Below the pieces are notes generated by a model. That model was not told the origin of the DNA. It did no database searches and worked only from the letters and a program-made list of their open reading frames with translations. This document shows, in pieces, positions 44,893 to 53,087 of a DNA stretch of 56,570 nt. Made by a program: the position numbers and the translations under genes. Position 1 is the first letter of the stretch, and every line of letters starts with the position of its first letter. The stretch spans positions 1 to 56,570 of the forward strand of contig CAZNDX010000005.1 in NCBI GenBank assembly GCA_964572035.1, in the 5' to 3' direction. This stretch comes from an uncultured Methanosarcinales archaeon (GTDB taxonomy: Archaea; Nanobdellota; Nanobdellia; Woesearchaeales; ARS49).

Positions 44893-46733
44893 CTGTATCC
44901 TTTTCCTCCAAAGCTTACGAAGTGTCCTGACGCTCTGCATTGGTTGCCGTCCCAGCACATGTTTGTTGGACAGCATCCAGTTTGAATTTGTGAGGATGTT
45001 GGCATCCATCCTGTTTGTTCAACTACGCTTGTCTGCGTAAATTCTACGAATTGCCAGGTTCCTTGGGGTGTGCAGATTGCGTTCTTGTCCGCGCCAGTTG
45101 GTTTTACGTTTAGTAATGGCGTTCCGCAAAATCCTCTTTCGTTAATTTGAACTCCTGGGAAGTCTGCTATTGTTGTTGTTCCTGTGTATCCTATTGTTCT
45201 TTGTTCATTGCAGAAATAATATGCTCCGTTGTGAATTAGTATATCTTGTTCTATTCCTGTTACGCTTCCTTGTGATATGACTTGGTTGTTTACGCATACC
45301 CCTGTTCCGCTTGGATCATTATAATTTTTGAGTGGGTCGTCTGGTTCTCCGCAGCATTTTGTTCCTGTCCAGCTAAATCCCGCCGCTGTGCATCCTAATT
45401 CATCTCCATCTAATGATTTTGTGAGCGCTCCTGTGCTTTTGCAATAATATGCTTCATTGTTTATGTCGACTCGCGTTCCTGTTGTTTTGGTGTATTGTGA
45501 TGGCGAGTATGGACTGCTTCCTCCGCATTCTCGTAATTGTGGTCCTTCGCACCAATAGGTGTGTCCCGCGATGTCTGTTGTTCCCTGTAATTGATTGACC
45601 GTTATTCCTGCTGTGTTTTGCGTGTTTCCGCACGTCAGGAATCCTGTTGTTGTCGCGACGACTTGCGTCATTGCTCCGCAACTTGTAAAGTCAGTAATAA
45701 CTCCTGGGTCTAGTTGTCCTGCCCATACCCAATTGGTTCCGCTTTTTCCGCAGATGGCGTTCATTACTCTATTGCCTAATCCGGCGACTGTTCCATAGTA
45801 TTTGCAGTCGCTTGGAGGGCTTTCAGCGTTTGGATTTACGTATGCGTCTCCGCAGCAGACTCCGTTGTACCAGTCGCTTCCCAGGTTCGCGCAAGTTTGC
45901 TCGTGTTGGTAGTCGCAGATTGGGTTTCCTAAGCTGTCAACTGATGTTGAGGGGAATGAGTTTATGCAGGCGATTACTTGTTCTGGAAATGAGGGGTTGT
46001 ATGTGATTTGTGTTTCGCCTGATGATGGGTCATATGATTGGTCTGGTGCGAAGTATGCTGCGACTTTATTGTCGCTGCTTGTTACTTTCAAATCTCCAAG
46101 ATACCCTTGTAGCGAAACAATTCCTGTCAGAGGACCAAGGGTTACCGGTCCTGTTTTGTTTCTGAAAAAGTTGAACGGTTTAACTGCGCTTCCGCTTATT
46201 CCTCCATCCCATCTAACTGTTCTTATTCTGAATGATGGTAGGTTGTTTGTTCCGTGGGTGTAATAATTGTAAGTTATCGATTGAACTGATTTCGCGGGAA
46301 TTACTGGAAAACTAAGTTGTGTGTATGTTCTTTTTTGCGGAACTGGTGAGCCGACCATTTCAAGGAATGTTTTGCATTGTGTCGCGACTATTGGTTCGTT
46401 GTCAAATTGAACGCATAGTTGGTAAGTTCCGCATTGCTCGGGTCCTGGAATCATTGTGCCTGTTCCAGATCCGTCATCCACCATTGGCCTGTAACATTGG
46501 CCTATATTGTCTATTGTTATGTTCAGTTGGGAAATTGTTATTGGTGTTGAGAACAGGTTATTGTCCGTTCGAATTAGTGGGCTTGTCCCGCCCATTGTGT
46601 ATTGAGAGGCTCCTGATGTTGGATAGTTATAGCTTCCGCTTCCGCCAAAAACAGTTATCGTGACTTGTTGCGCGAGAGCGATTCCGCTAAGAATTACTGA
46701 TAGTAATGCCAATACTAGTAATAACCGTTTCAT
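44883..46733 (-). CDS. Cys-rich secreted protein (616 aa), first gene of the 46733-35058 gene string
   Basis: Sec signal MKRLLLVLALLSVILSGIALA, repeated CCG(D/E) and CxxxGxxW modules. SD AGGGG and ATTTAAAA box at ~46770-46777. Confidence 0.82.
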   Translation of the reverse strand: MKRLLLVLALLSVILSGIALAQQVTITVFGGSGSYNYPTSGASQYTMGGTSPLIRTDNNLFSTPITISQLNITIDNIGQCYRPMVDDGSGTGTMIPGPEQCGTYQLCVQFDNEPIVATQCKTFLEMVGSPVPQKRTYTQLSFPVIPAKSVQSITYNYYTHGTNNLPSFRIRTVRWDGGISGSAVKPFNFFRNKTGPVTLGPLTGIVSLQGYLGDLKVTSSDNKVAAYFAPDQSYDPSSGETQITYNPSFPEQVIACINSFPSTSVDSLGNPICDYQHEQTCANLGSDWYNGVCCGDAYVNPNAESPPSDCKYYGTVAGLGNRVMNAICGKSGTNWVWAGQLDPGVITDFTSCGAMTQVVATTTGFLTCGNTQNTAGITVNQLQGTTDIAGHTYWCEGPQLRECGGSSPYSPSQYTKTTGTRVDINNEAYYCKSTGALTKSLDGDELGCTAAGFSWTGTKCCGEPDDPLKNYNDPSGTGVCVNNQVISQGSVTGIEQDILIHNGAYYFCNEQRTIGYTGTTTIADFPGVQINERGFCGTPLLNVKPTGADKNAICTPQGTWQFVEFTQTSVVEQTGWMPTSSQIQTGCCPTNMCWDGNQCRASGHFVSFGGKGYRCP

Positions 46734-46802
46734 GTTCCCCCTTTTTATGAGGATAAAAATGGTTGTTGCTTTTAAATACTTTCCTATGTTTATTTATAAA
46801 CC

Positions 46803-47387
46803 CTATTTAAATGGATTTAGAACCAGCGCTTTTTTGGCTTCTTCAAGTCTCATACCCAGCGAAACGAAGAGCGAGCCGACGTCCGATGGCGCTCGCATTT
46901 CGTATGGGTTTGTTGCGAAACTCGCTATTTTTGTTGTTGTTTTGTATTTGCGCAGGAAGATTATGTTTTGCATTATTCTGCCCATTATCATCGCTCGTTT
47001 TCTTCCCTCTGCGGACAACAAAGTGTGAAGCGAAAACCCTATTGCGACTTTTTTTTCAGTCGCGAGTTTGCACAATACTTGATTTAATCCCGACCTTCTG
47101 TAGTGCGTGTGGTCTTTGTCTTCTGTTGTTTCAAACGCGAAAACTAACGGCGCTCCTCTCTCAATTGCTTCCCTGCTCGCTGGGCAAAAGTATGGAATTT
47201 TTTTGGATTTCAGCGACGGGATTTTTGACGGCTGGCAAAGCACTGCGCAGTCATATTTTATTTCCGCTTTTTTTGTGTAAAACTGTTTTTGGTCCGAATA
47301 AACGAATGTGAGTGATTTTATTCCTAGCCGCTCCGCTATTTTAAGGAATTCCTCTTCGTTTCCCTGTGGAAAAACAATGTCGTGCAT
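46803..47387 (-). CDS. rnp3: Ribonuclease P protein subunit Rpp30
   Basis: PHP/TIM-barrel-like layout, SGLNQVLCKLATEKKVAIGFS and ASFATNPYEMRAP. TATA box at 47410-47417. Confidence 0.8.
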   Translation of the reverse strand: MHDIVFPQGNEEEFLKIAERLGIKSLTFVYSDQKQFYTKKAEIKYDCAVLCQPSKIPSLKSKKIPYFCPASREAIERGAPLVFAFETTEDKDHTHYRRSGLNQVLCKLATEKKVAIGFSLHTLLSAEGRKRAMIMGRIMQNIIFLRKYKTTTKIASFATNPYEMRAPSDVGSLFVSLGMRLEEAKKALVLNPFK

Positions 47388-47425
47388 AGTAAAGGTTTTA
47401 TTCTGATGGCTTTTAAATGTTATTG

Positions 47426-48121
47426 ATGATGCGTGTTCAAAGAATTTTGGCTATGGCTGGTGTCGCTTCCAGAAGAAAATGCGAGGATTTAATCAAAGCT
47501 GGTCGCGTTAAAGTCAATGACAAAGTTGTTGAAATAGGCGCGACTGCCAATCCTGTTAAAGACAAAATTTGCGTTGATGAAAAGCCAATAATTCTCGAGA
47601 GGAAAGTTTACATTTTGCTTAACAAGCCGCGCGGTTTTGTGACGACTGTTTCCGAACAGCACGGTATGAAGACTGTTCGCGATATTGTTAAAATCAAAGA
47701 GCGGGTTTTTCCTGTTGGCCGTCTTGATAAGGAGACCAGAGGTCTTCTATTATTGACGAATGATGGTGATTTCGCGAATAAGCTTACGCATCCTAGTTTT
47801 GAAATAAAAAAAGAATACGTTGCGACTTTGGACAAGTCTTTCACCAAAGATTCTTTTGAGAAATTAAGGAAGGGCGTGAAGGTTGAGGGCAGAAAAGTTG
47901 ATGTCAGGGACATCGCGGTTAATGGTAAAAAGGTCACGTTAAAAATCCATGAAGGCAGGAAGCACATAGTGCGTAAATTGTTCTTTCATTTGGATTATAG
48001 GGTTGTTGATTTACAGCGTACAAAGGTTGGAAATTTGGGCATTTCCGATTTGAAAGAAGGTGAATGGCGCAATTTAACCCCTAACGAGCTTAATATATTG
48101 AAAAAACCATCATCTTTATAA
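47426..48121 (+). CDS. RsuA/RluB/RluF family pseudouridine synthase with S4 domain
   Basis: RVQRILAMAGVASRRKCEDLI (S4), LLNKPRG, catalytic GRLD, GLLLLTNDG, EGRKHIVR. TTTTATTC 22 nt upstream. Confidence 0.95.
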   Translation: MMRVQRILAMAGVASRRKCEDLIKAGRVKVNDKVVEIGATANPVKDKICVDEKPIILERKVYILLNKPRGFVTTVSEQHGMKTVRDIVKIKERVFPVGRLDKETRGLLLLTNDGDFANKLTHPSFEIKKEYVATLDKSFTKDSFEKLRKGVKVEGRKVDVRDIAVNGKKVTLKIHEGRKHIVRKLFFHLDYRVVDLQRTKVGNLGISDLKEGEWRNLTPNELNILKKPSSL

Positions 48122-48145
48122 ACCCCCTCTTTACCTTTTGTGTGT

Positions 48146-48421
48146 ATGGTAGCGCCAAGATATCGTTCAAGAACCTTCCGTCGTGTGAAGGTCAGAGTGC
48201 CAAGCGGCAAGGTAGTTACACAGTACAAAAGGCGAAAGCCTGGTCGTGCGACCTGTCCAGTTACTGGTCAGGAATTGCACGGTGTGCCTCAAATGTTGCC
48301 TCGCAAGTTGTCTGGCGTTCCAAAGTCATCTCGCCGTCCTTCAAGACCGTATGGTGGTGTGCTTTCAAGCAAGGCCATGCGTGCTAAGATGGTTGAGAAG
48401 GCGCGAAAGTTGGACCTTTAA
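48146..48421 (+). CDS. rpl34e: 50S ribosomal protein eL34
   Basis: RSRTFRRVKVRVPSG...RPSRPYGG. TTTATAAA at 48115-48122. Confidence 0.95.
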   Translation: MVAPRYRSRTFRRVKVRVPSGKVVTQYKRRKPGRATCPVTGQELHGVPQMLPRKLSGVPKSSRRPSRPYGGVLSSKAMRAKMVEKARKLDL

Positions 48422-48488
48422 ATTGCTCTGTGAAATCGCGGTGACGCGTTTTCGCGATGAACCTTGAAGTGTCCTGGAGGAAAACAAA

Positions 48489-48830
48489 ATGATTGAAGTC
48501 GGAAGAGTTTGTATGAAAATAGCTGGCCGTGATGCTGGCCAAGTTTGCGCTGTTGTCGAAATTATTGACAAGAATTATGTTTTAATTGACGGCCAAACCA
48601 GACGAAGAAAGTGCAATGTTGATCACCTTGAACCGTTGATGAAAGTTGTTGACATTTCAGAAGGCGCTAGCCATGAGGATGTTGTTTCTGAGCTGAAGAA
48701 GCTTGGCGTTGAAACCAAGTCGAAATCTTCAAAGCCAAAGAAAGCAGCTGAGCCAAAAGCGCCATCAAAAGCCGCTAAGGAAGCTCCTGCAAAGAAAGCG
48801 CCTAAGAAAAAGGCGGCAAAGTCAGAATAA
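48489..48830 (+). CDS. rpl14e: 50S ribosomal protein eL14
   Basis: IEVGRVCMKIAGRDAG..CAVVEIIDKNYVLIDG..RRRKCNVDHLEP, Lys/Ala-rich tail. SD GGAGG. Confidence 0.96.
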   Translation: MIEVGRVCMKIAGRDAGQVCAVVEIIDKNYVLIDGQTRRRKCNVDHLEPLMKVVDISEGASHEDVVSELKKLGVETKSKSSKPKKAAEPKAPSKAAKEAPAKKAPKKKAAKSE

Positions 48831-48842
48831 ATTTTTATTTTT

Positions 48843-50474
48843 TTAGAACAAATTGTTTAAATTTATCTCGCATCCGACTGTCGGCATTTGTATTCCGAAA
48901 TTTTCAAGAACTGCGGGATGTATTTCTCCGCAGATTCCTATTTCTTTTTTGTTGACTATGATTCGTGCTGCTCTTCCCGCTATGAAGCTTGGGTGTTCCA
49001 GTTCTTCAAAGTGGGCTTTGTGTCCTGAGCTTCGCAAACAGAACTCTATCGATTGTTTTATCTCAGTAAATGTTGCGCCCGTGTGGCTGCTGACCGCCGA
49101 TAAGTGCTGTTCATCGGTTATATTGTTCTTGTTTCGCGCGCTTATTATGCCCTGTTCAAACACTTTTTGTGGATAATCGTAATGTTTGTTTTTTGACAGG
49201 AAGTCTAGAAGTATTGGAAGTATCCATGAGCGTACGCAGTTGTACGTGCTGCTTACAGGATTCAAAATTTCGATTGTTCCTTTGTCTTTCGCGTTCATTT
49301 TTTCGTAGAGTAATTCTTTGTTTGAGAGTACCGCGCTCATTACTTCTTGGTGTTCTAGGCCTACGAAAAATTCTCTCCACGCGTCGATTATGTTTTGGTT
49401 TGGTAGCGCTGAGCCTGTTGTGTAGCTTGTCAATGGCAGGGCTTCAAAGTTGTTGTATCCGTAAGCTATCGCGATATCCTCTATTGCGTCGACCGCGTGC
49501 ATTGCGTCCGCACGATATGATGGTATTGTGAATGTTCCTGATTTGTATTCAAGCCCCATTTTAGCCGCGAGTTGTTGCACATCTGATGTTTTAAGAGAAA
49601 GTCCCGTAATTTTTTTGATGTCTTCTTCTTTGACTTTTATTGTAGCCGCTTTATCGGTTGGTGTCTGAACTTTTTTGTTTGGATATTCTATTGTGAGTGT
49701 TTGTATTTGGAATCCTCTGTCAGATAGGGCGTAAGCGAATATGTTTGCTACTAGGTTTACAGCGCTCTCGTCTGTTCCTGTTGTGTCAAACAGTATTGCG
49801 TCATCTCCCGCTTTTACGCGTCCTGTTTTTTCGCTGTTGATTATTGGTATGAGTGATAGTATGTTTTTATTTGCGTCAACGAATACAGGATAAACTTTGC
49901 TTTCCTCAAGTATGTGTCCGTATTCCTTTCCTTTTGGATGTTTTTCCAGTGTTTTCTTTAATGTTATTGGTTCGTGAAAGTCGAGAGGTATGAATTCTTC
50001 TGCTGGACTCGCCGCCTTGCATTGCAGTGGGAATGTTATCCCGCGTAATGGATATATTCCTACGCTTATTTTTTGTCTTTTTTTGCCGAAATTTTCAGCG
50101 AGTTTTTCTTGTAATTGTATGAGTTGTTTTAGAAGTTGCTCGTCTATTTTTTTGCCTGTTGCTGTGAAGCACGCTATGTATGGCCTTATTGCTGAAAGTT
50201 TTCTGTCGTAAACTACTTTGTCTTTTCCCTTGACCAAGTTTATTTTTGAAAGGTTTTTGTCAATTCCTAGGTAATTTCTGAACAGTCTAGCCAGTCCTTC
50301 AACGCTCCAAAGATATGGTTGGTTTGTATCGTTGTACTTTATTGTGATTTCTTTTCCGTATGGTGATTCCAGTTCTGCTTTGGCGATGTCCAGCAGTTCA
50401 AGTAGTTTTTTCTCGTCTAATCTTTTTCCTATTAGGTTGTATAAGTCGTCCGTGTTGCAGGTTATCGTTGGCAT
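48843..50474 (-). CDS. pheT: Phenylalanine--tRNA ligase beta subunit (archaeal)
   Basis: MPTI N-terminus, LWSVEGLAR, RPYIAC, PSYRADAMHAVDAIEDIAIAYG, GEIHP. Confidence 0.96.
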   Translation of the reverse strand: MPTITCNTDDLYNLIGKRLDEKKLLELLDIAKAELESPYGKEITIKYNDTNQPYLWSVEGLARLFRNYLGIDKNLSKINLVKGKDKVVYDRKLSAIRPYIACFTATGKKIDEQLLKQLIQLQEKLAENFGKKRQKISVGIYPLRGITFPLQCKAASPAEEFIPLDFHEPITLKKTLEKHPKGKEYGHILEESKVYPVFVDANKNILSLIPIINSEKTGRVKAGDDAILFDTTGTDESAVNLVANIFAYALSDRGFQIQTLTIEYPNKKVQTPTDKAATIKVKEEDIKKITGLSLKTSDVQQLAAKMGLEYKSGTFTIPSYRADAMHAVDAIEDIAIAYGYNNFEALPLTSYTTGSALPNQNIIDAWREFFVGLEHQEVMSAVLSNKELLYEKMNAKDKGTIEILNPVSSTYNCVRSWILPILLDFLSKNKHYDYPQKVFEQGIISARNKNNITDEQHLSAVSSHTGATFTEIKQSIEFCLRSSGHKAHFEELEHPSFIAGRAARIIVNKKEIGICGEIHPAVLENFGIQMPTVGCEINLNNLF

Positions 50475-51997
50475 GGTGTTACCGGTGTGTTTCTTAGGAA
50501 TTCCAGGTCGTGGCTGAATAAGTTTCTTATGTCTTTGAATCCTAGGTTGAACATTCCTAGTCTGTCAAGTCCTAATCCCCAGGCCGCGACTGTTATGTTT
50601 TTTCCTGTGAGTGGGACTGTGACTTCTGGTCTGAATATTCCCGCGCCGCCCAATTCTACCCATCCTAGTTGTGGGTGTTTGGCGTATAATTCCACACTTG
50701 GTTCTGTGAATGGGAAGTATCCTGGCACGAGTTTTATTTCTTCAGTTCCTGCGAATTCTTTTGCGAACATCCTTAGTAGTCCGATTAAATGTCTGAACGT
50801 CATTCCTTCTTCAATTACTATTCCTTCCACTTGATTGAAATCTGGAAGGTGCGTTGCGTCTATGACGTCATGTCTGAATACTCTTGTTATTCCAAAGTAT
50901 TTTCCGGGTATTTTGAGGTCTTTGGATGCGAGTTTGTGTGAGCTGCACGCTGTTCCTTGCGTTCGTAGGACGTGTCTTTGTGTTCGTTTCACGTCAAAAT
51001 TGTATCCCCAGCCTAAACTGTCACATCCTTGTCCTGTTTCGTGAGCTGCTTTGACTCGTTTCATCACGCTTGAATCTACTTCGCCATATTGCGGTTCTTT
51101 AACGTAATACGCGTCTTGTATATCTCTTGCGCTGTGAAATTGAGGCATGTAAAGAGCGTCCATGTTCCAGAGCTCTGTTTCGACAAGTGGTCCGTCCATT
51201 TCTGTAAATCCCAGTCCGATGAATTTTTGGCGAACCATGTCCAAGTAGGCGCGGTATGGTTGTTTTTTTCCTGCGTTTATTTCAGGGACGTTGACCGAGA
51301 CATCGTATCTTCTGAACGTTTTGTTTTTCCAGCTTCCTGTCGCGAGCTGTTGGGCTGTGAGAGTGTCAATTACTTTTGAGTCTTCTATTCCAAGCGTAAG
51401 AAGTTTTCTGCCTACATCAGTTAGCTGGGCTTTTTTGACTTTTTTTATTTCTACTTTGATTATTTCTTTTCTTTTACGGAGTTCCGCGAGTGTTCTTTTT
51501 TCTTCAGCGTTCAAGCTGGATGTTTCTAATGGGAATTTCTTTTTCAAAAAGTGTTCTTCTGGGAATATTTTGTCAAGTAGTTCTTTCCCGGTGTCGGTTA
51601 TTTTAACTGTTAGTTCTTTGTCTGTTGTGAGAATTATGGCTCCTTGTCTCCTTAGAAGTCCTATGCAGCTGTTTACTTCTTCTTTGCTTAGTTTTGTTTT
51701 GTCGGCCAGTTTGCTTATTGTTATCGTGTTGTCTTTTAATGATTCTAAAAATCGTCGTTCCGGCATTCCATTTTTTGCGTACGCTATTCCGTTTTTATCG
51801 AGATTTACTTCTTCGTGCGGCTCTGTTGTAACTAGAATTGCTTTTTTGTTTTCAAGCCATTGCAGAGCGCGGGTTACTTCTATGTCTTTTAGTCCGGTCG
51901 CGCGCGAAAGCTCATCTAGAGTTGGATGGTGCTCTATTTCTGGCAAGACGCGTCGTTCGTATGTGTGTAATCCCTGCGCGAGTTTCTTGATGTCCAT
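50462..51997 (-). CDS. pheS: Phenylalanine--tRNA ligase alpha subunit (archaeal long form)
   Basis: WNMDALYMPQFHSARDIQD, LRTQGT, RVFRHDVIDATHLPDFNQVEG, YFPFTEPS, ELGGAGIFRPE. Start moved to MDIKK (51997). Confidence 0.97.
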   Translation of the reverse strand: MDIKKLAQGLHTYERRVLPEIEHHPTLDELSRATGLKDIEVTRALQWLENKKAILVTTEPHEEVNLDKNGIAYAKNGMPERRFLESLKDNTITISKLADKTKLSKEEVNSCIGLLRRQGAIILTTDKELTVKITDTGKELLDKIFPEEHFLKKKFPLETSSLNAEEKRTLAELRKRKEIIKVEIKKVKKAQLTDVGRKLLTLGIEDSKVIDTLTAQQLATGSWKNKTFRRYDVSVNVPEINAGKKQPYRAYLDMVRQKFIGLGFTEMDGPLVETELWNMDALYMPQFHSARDIQDAYYVKEPQYGEVDSSVMKRVKAAHETGQGCDSLGWGYNFDVKRTQRHVLRTQGTACSSHKLASKDLKIPGKYFGITRVFRHDVIDATHLPDFNQVEGIVIEEGMTFRHLIGLLRMFAKEFAGTEEIKLVPGYFPFTEPSVELYAKHPQLGWVELGGAGIFRPEVTVPLTGKNITVAAWGLGLDRLGMFNLGFKDIRNLFSHDLEFLRNTPVTPCQR

Positions 51998-52017
51998 ATC
52001 ACAAAAAAAGAAATAAA

Positions 52018-52824
52018 TTACTCCTTGACGGGTTTCATTGTTTTCCAGGCTGTGTTGAACATTCCTTCCATCGCGTTGGCGAAGAATGGTGTGTTCACCC
52101 AAATTCCTACGTCATATGTTGGGTGCACGTCTTGGTCGTCCATTATCATGAAGACGAGTTCTTTTCCGTCGACAATGCAGAACCTGCTTCTGTTATCTGT
52201 GTGCCTGACTTCCGCCACGTTCCCAAGCTCCTTTAATGAGTCTTTGGATTCTTTTGTTATTGGCGCCGCGATTCTGATTGAGACTCCTTTTTTCCTGAGT
52301 TTTTCAAAGACTGGTTTGAGTCCTTCTACTTTTCTCATGAAACCTTGCGATGTTGTGTGTATTGTTACGCTTTTTTGCGCGTTTCTTATCGCGAGTTCAA
52401 GGTGCGAGTATAAGTTATGTCTTCCTCGCAGTGAGCCCGAAAGTTCTGACGGCTCAACAAGCTCAACTCCTTGTGTATGAAGTGAATTGAGTTCGCCCAA
52501 GACATCTGTGCTTTTCAAATCGTCAAGTCGTTTGACGTGTGAGTCTGCTTCTTCTTTGAGATTTTTCTTGACTCTTTCCAAAACTTCGGCTGGTGGCACC
52601 GCGATGTATTTGATTGGTTTGCCTAGCTTCATTATTACGAATCCTTTTCTTTCAAGTGATTCTAGAACGTCGTATGATCGTGAGCGTGGTACGTTTGCGA
52701 TATCGGAAAGTTCTCCCGCTGTTGCTACTCCTCTTGATAATAGCGCGGTCCAAATTTTAACTTCGTATAAGTTTAAAACGAAGTATCTTCGTAGTTTGTT
52801 TAAAAAGTCTTCTTTGACAATCAT
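52018..52824 (-). CDS. TrmB family transcriptional regulator/chromatin protein
   Basis: LNLYEVKIWTALL, ATAGELSDIANVPRSRSYDVLESLERKGFV wHTH, and C-terminal FCIVDGKE PLD-like domain. SD GGAGGT. Confidence 0.93.
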   Translation of the reverse strand: MIVKEDFLNKLRRYFVLNLYEVKIWTALLSRGVATAGELSDIANVPRSRSYDVLESLERKGFVIMKLGKPIKYIAVPPAEVLERVKKNLKEEADSHVKRLDDLKSTDVLGELNSLHTQGVELVEPSELSGSLRGRHNLYSHLELAIRNAQKSVTIHTTSQGFMRKVEGLKPVFEKLRKKGVSIRIAAPITKESKDSLKELGNVAEVRHTDNRSRFCIVDGKELVFMIMDDQDVHPTYDVGIWVNTPFFANAMEGMFNTAWKTMKPVKE

Positions 52825-53087
52825 GTGCTACCTCCCCCTTTTTTATGTCACGGCACAATGCTCGTAACACGTTTTTGTTATCAGCTTGAAGTAAATCCCG
52901 CCGATATTAAAATGTTTGGTCGTACTGTTTTTCGAGATTTGTTTTTTATCGTCGATAAACTCGCGTCCAAACGGGGTTGTCACTTAACAGGAAAACAGAC
53001 TTGATTTGATATATAAACATTTGTTAGATGCAATATCTATATGGTATGAGTTGTGAGTGAAAAAATATTTGAAAATACTCAAAAAAT

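Noticed and set aside
25275-46733. Diversity-generating retroelement acting on the pilins or adhesin
   Set aside because: No reverse transcriptase and no near-identical template/variable repeat pair differing at adenines was seen. The paralogs are diverged at the protein level.
43786-52102. Long N-terminal extensions in the ORF track (e.g. 45009, 52102; likewise 4782, 5293, 16507, 17852, 17991, 54185)
   Set aside because: The extensions run through upstream genes or promoters. Downstream ATG/GTG codons fit TATA spacing, SD or stop-start overlaps and family N-termini.
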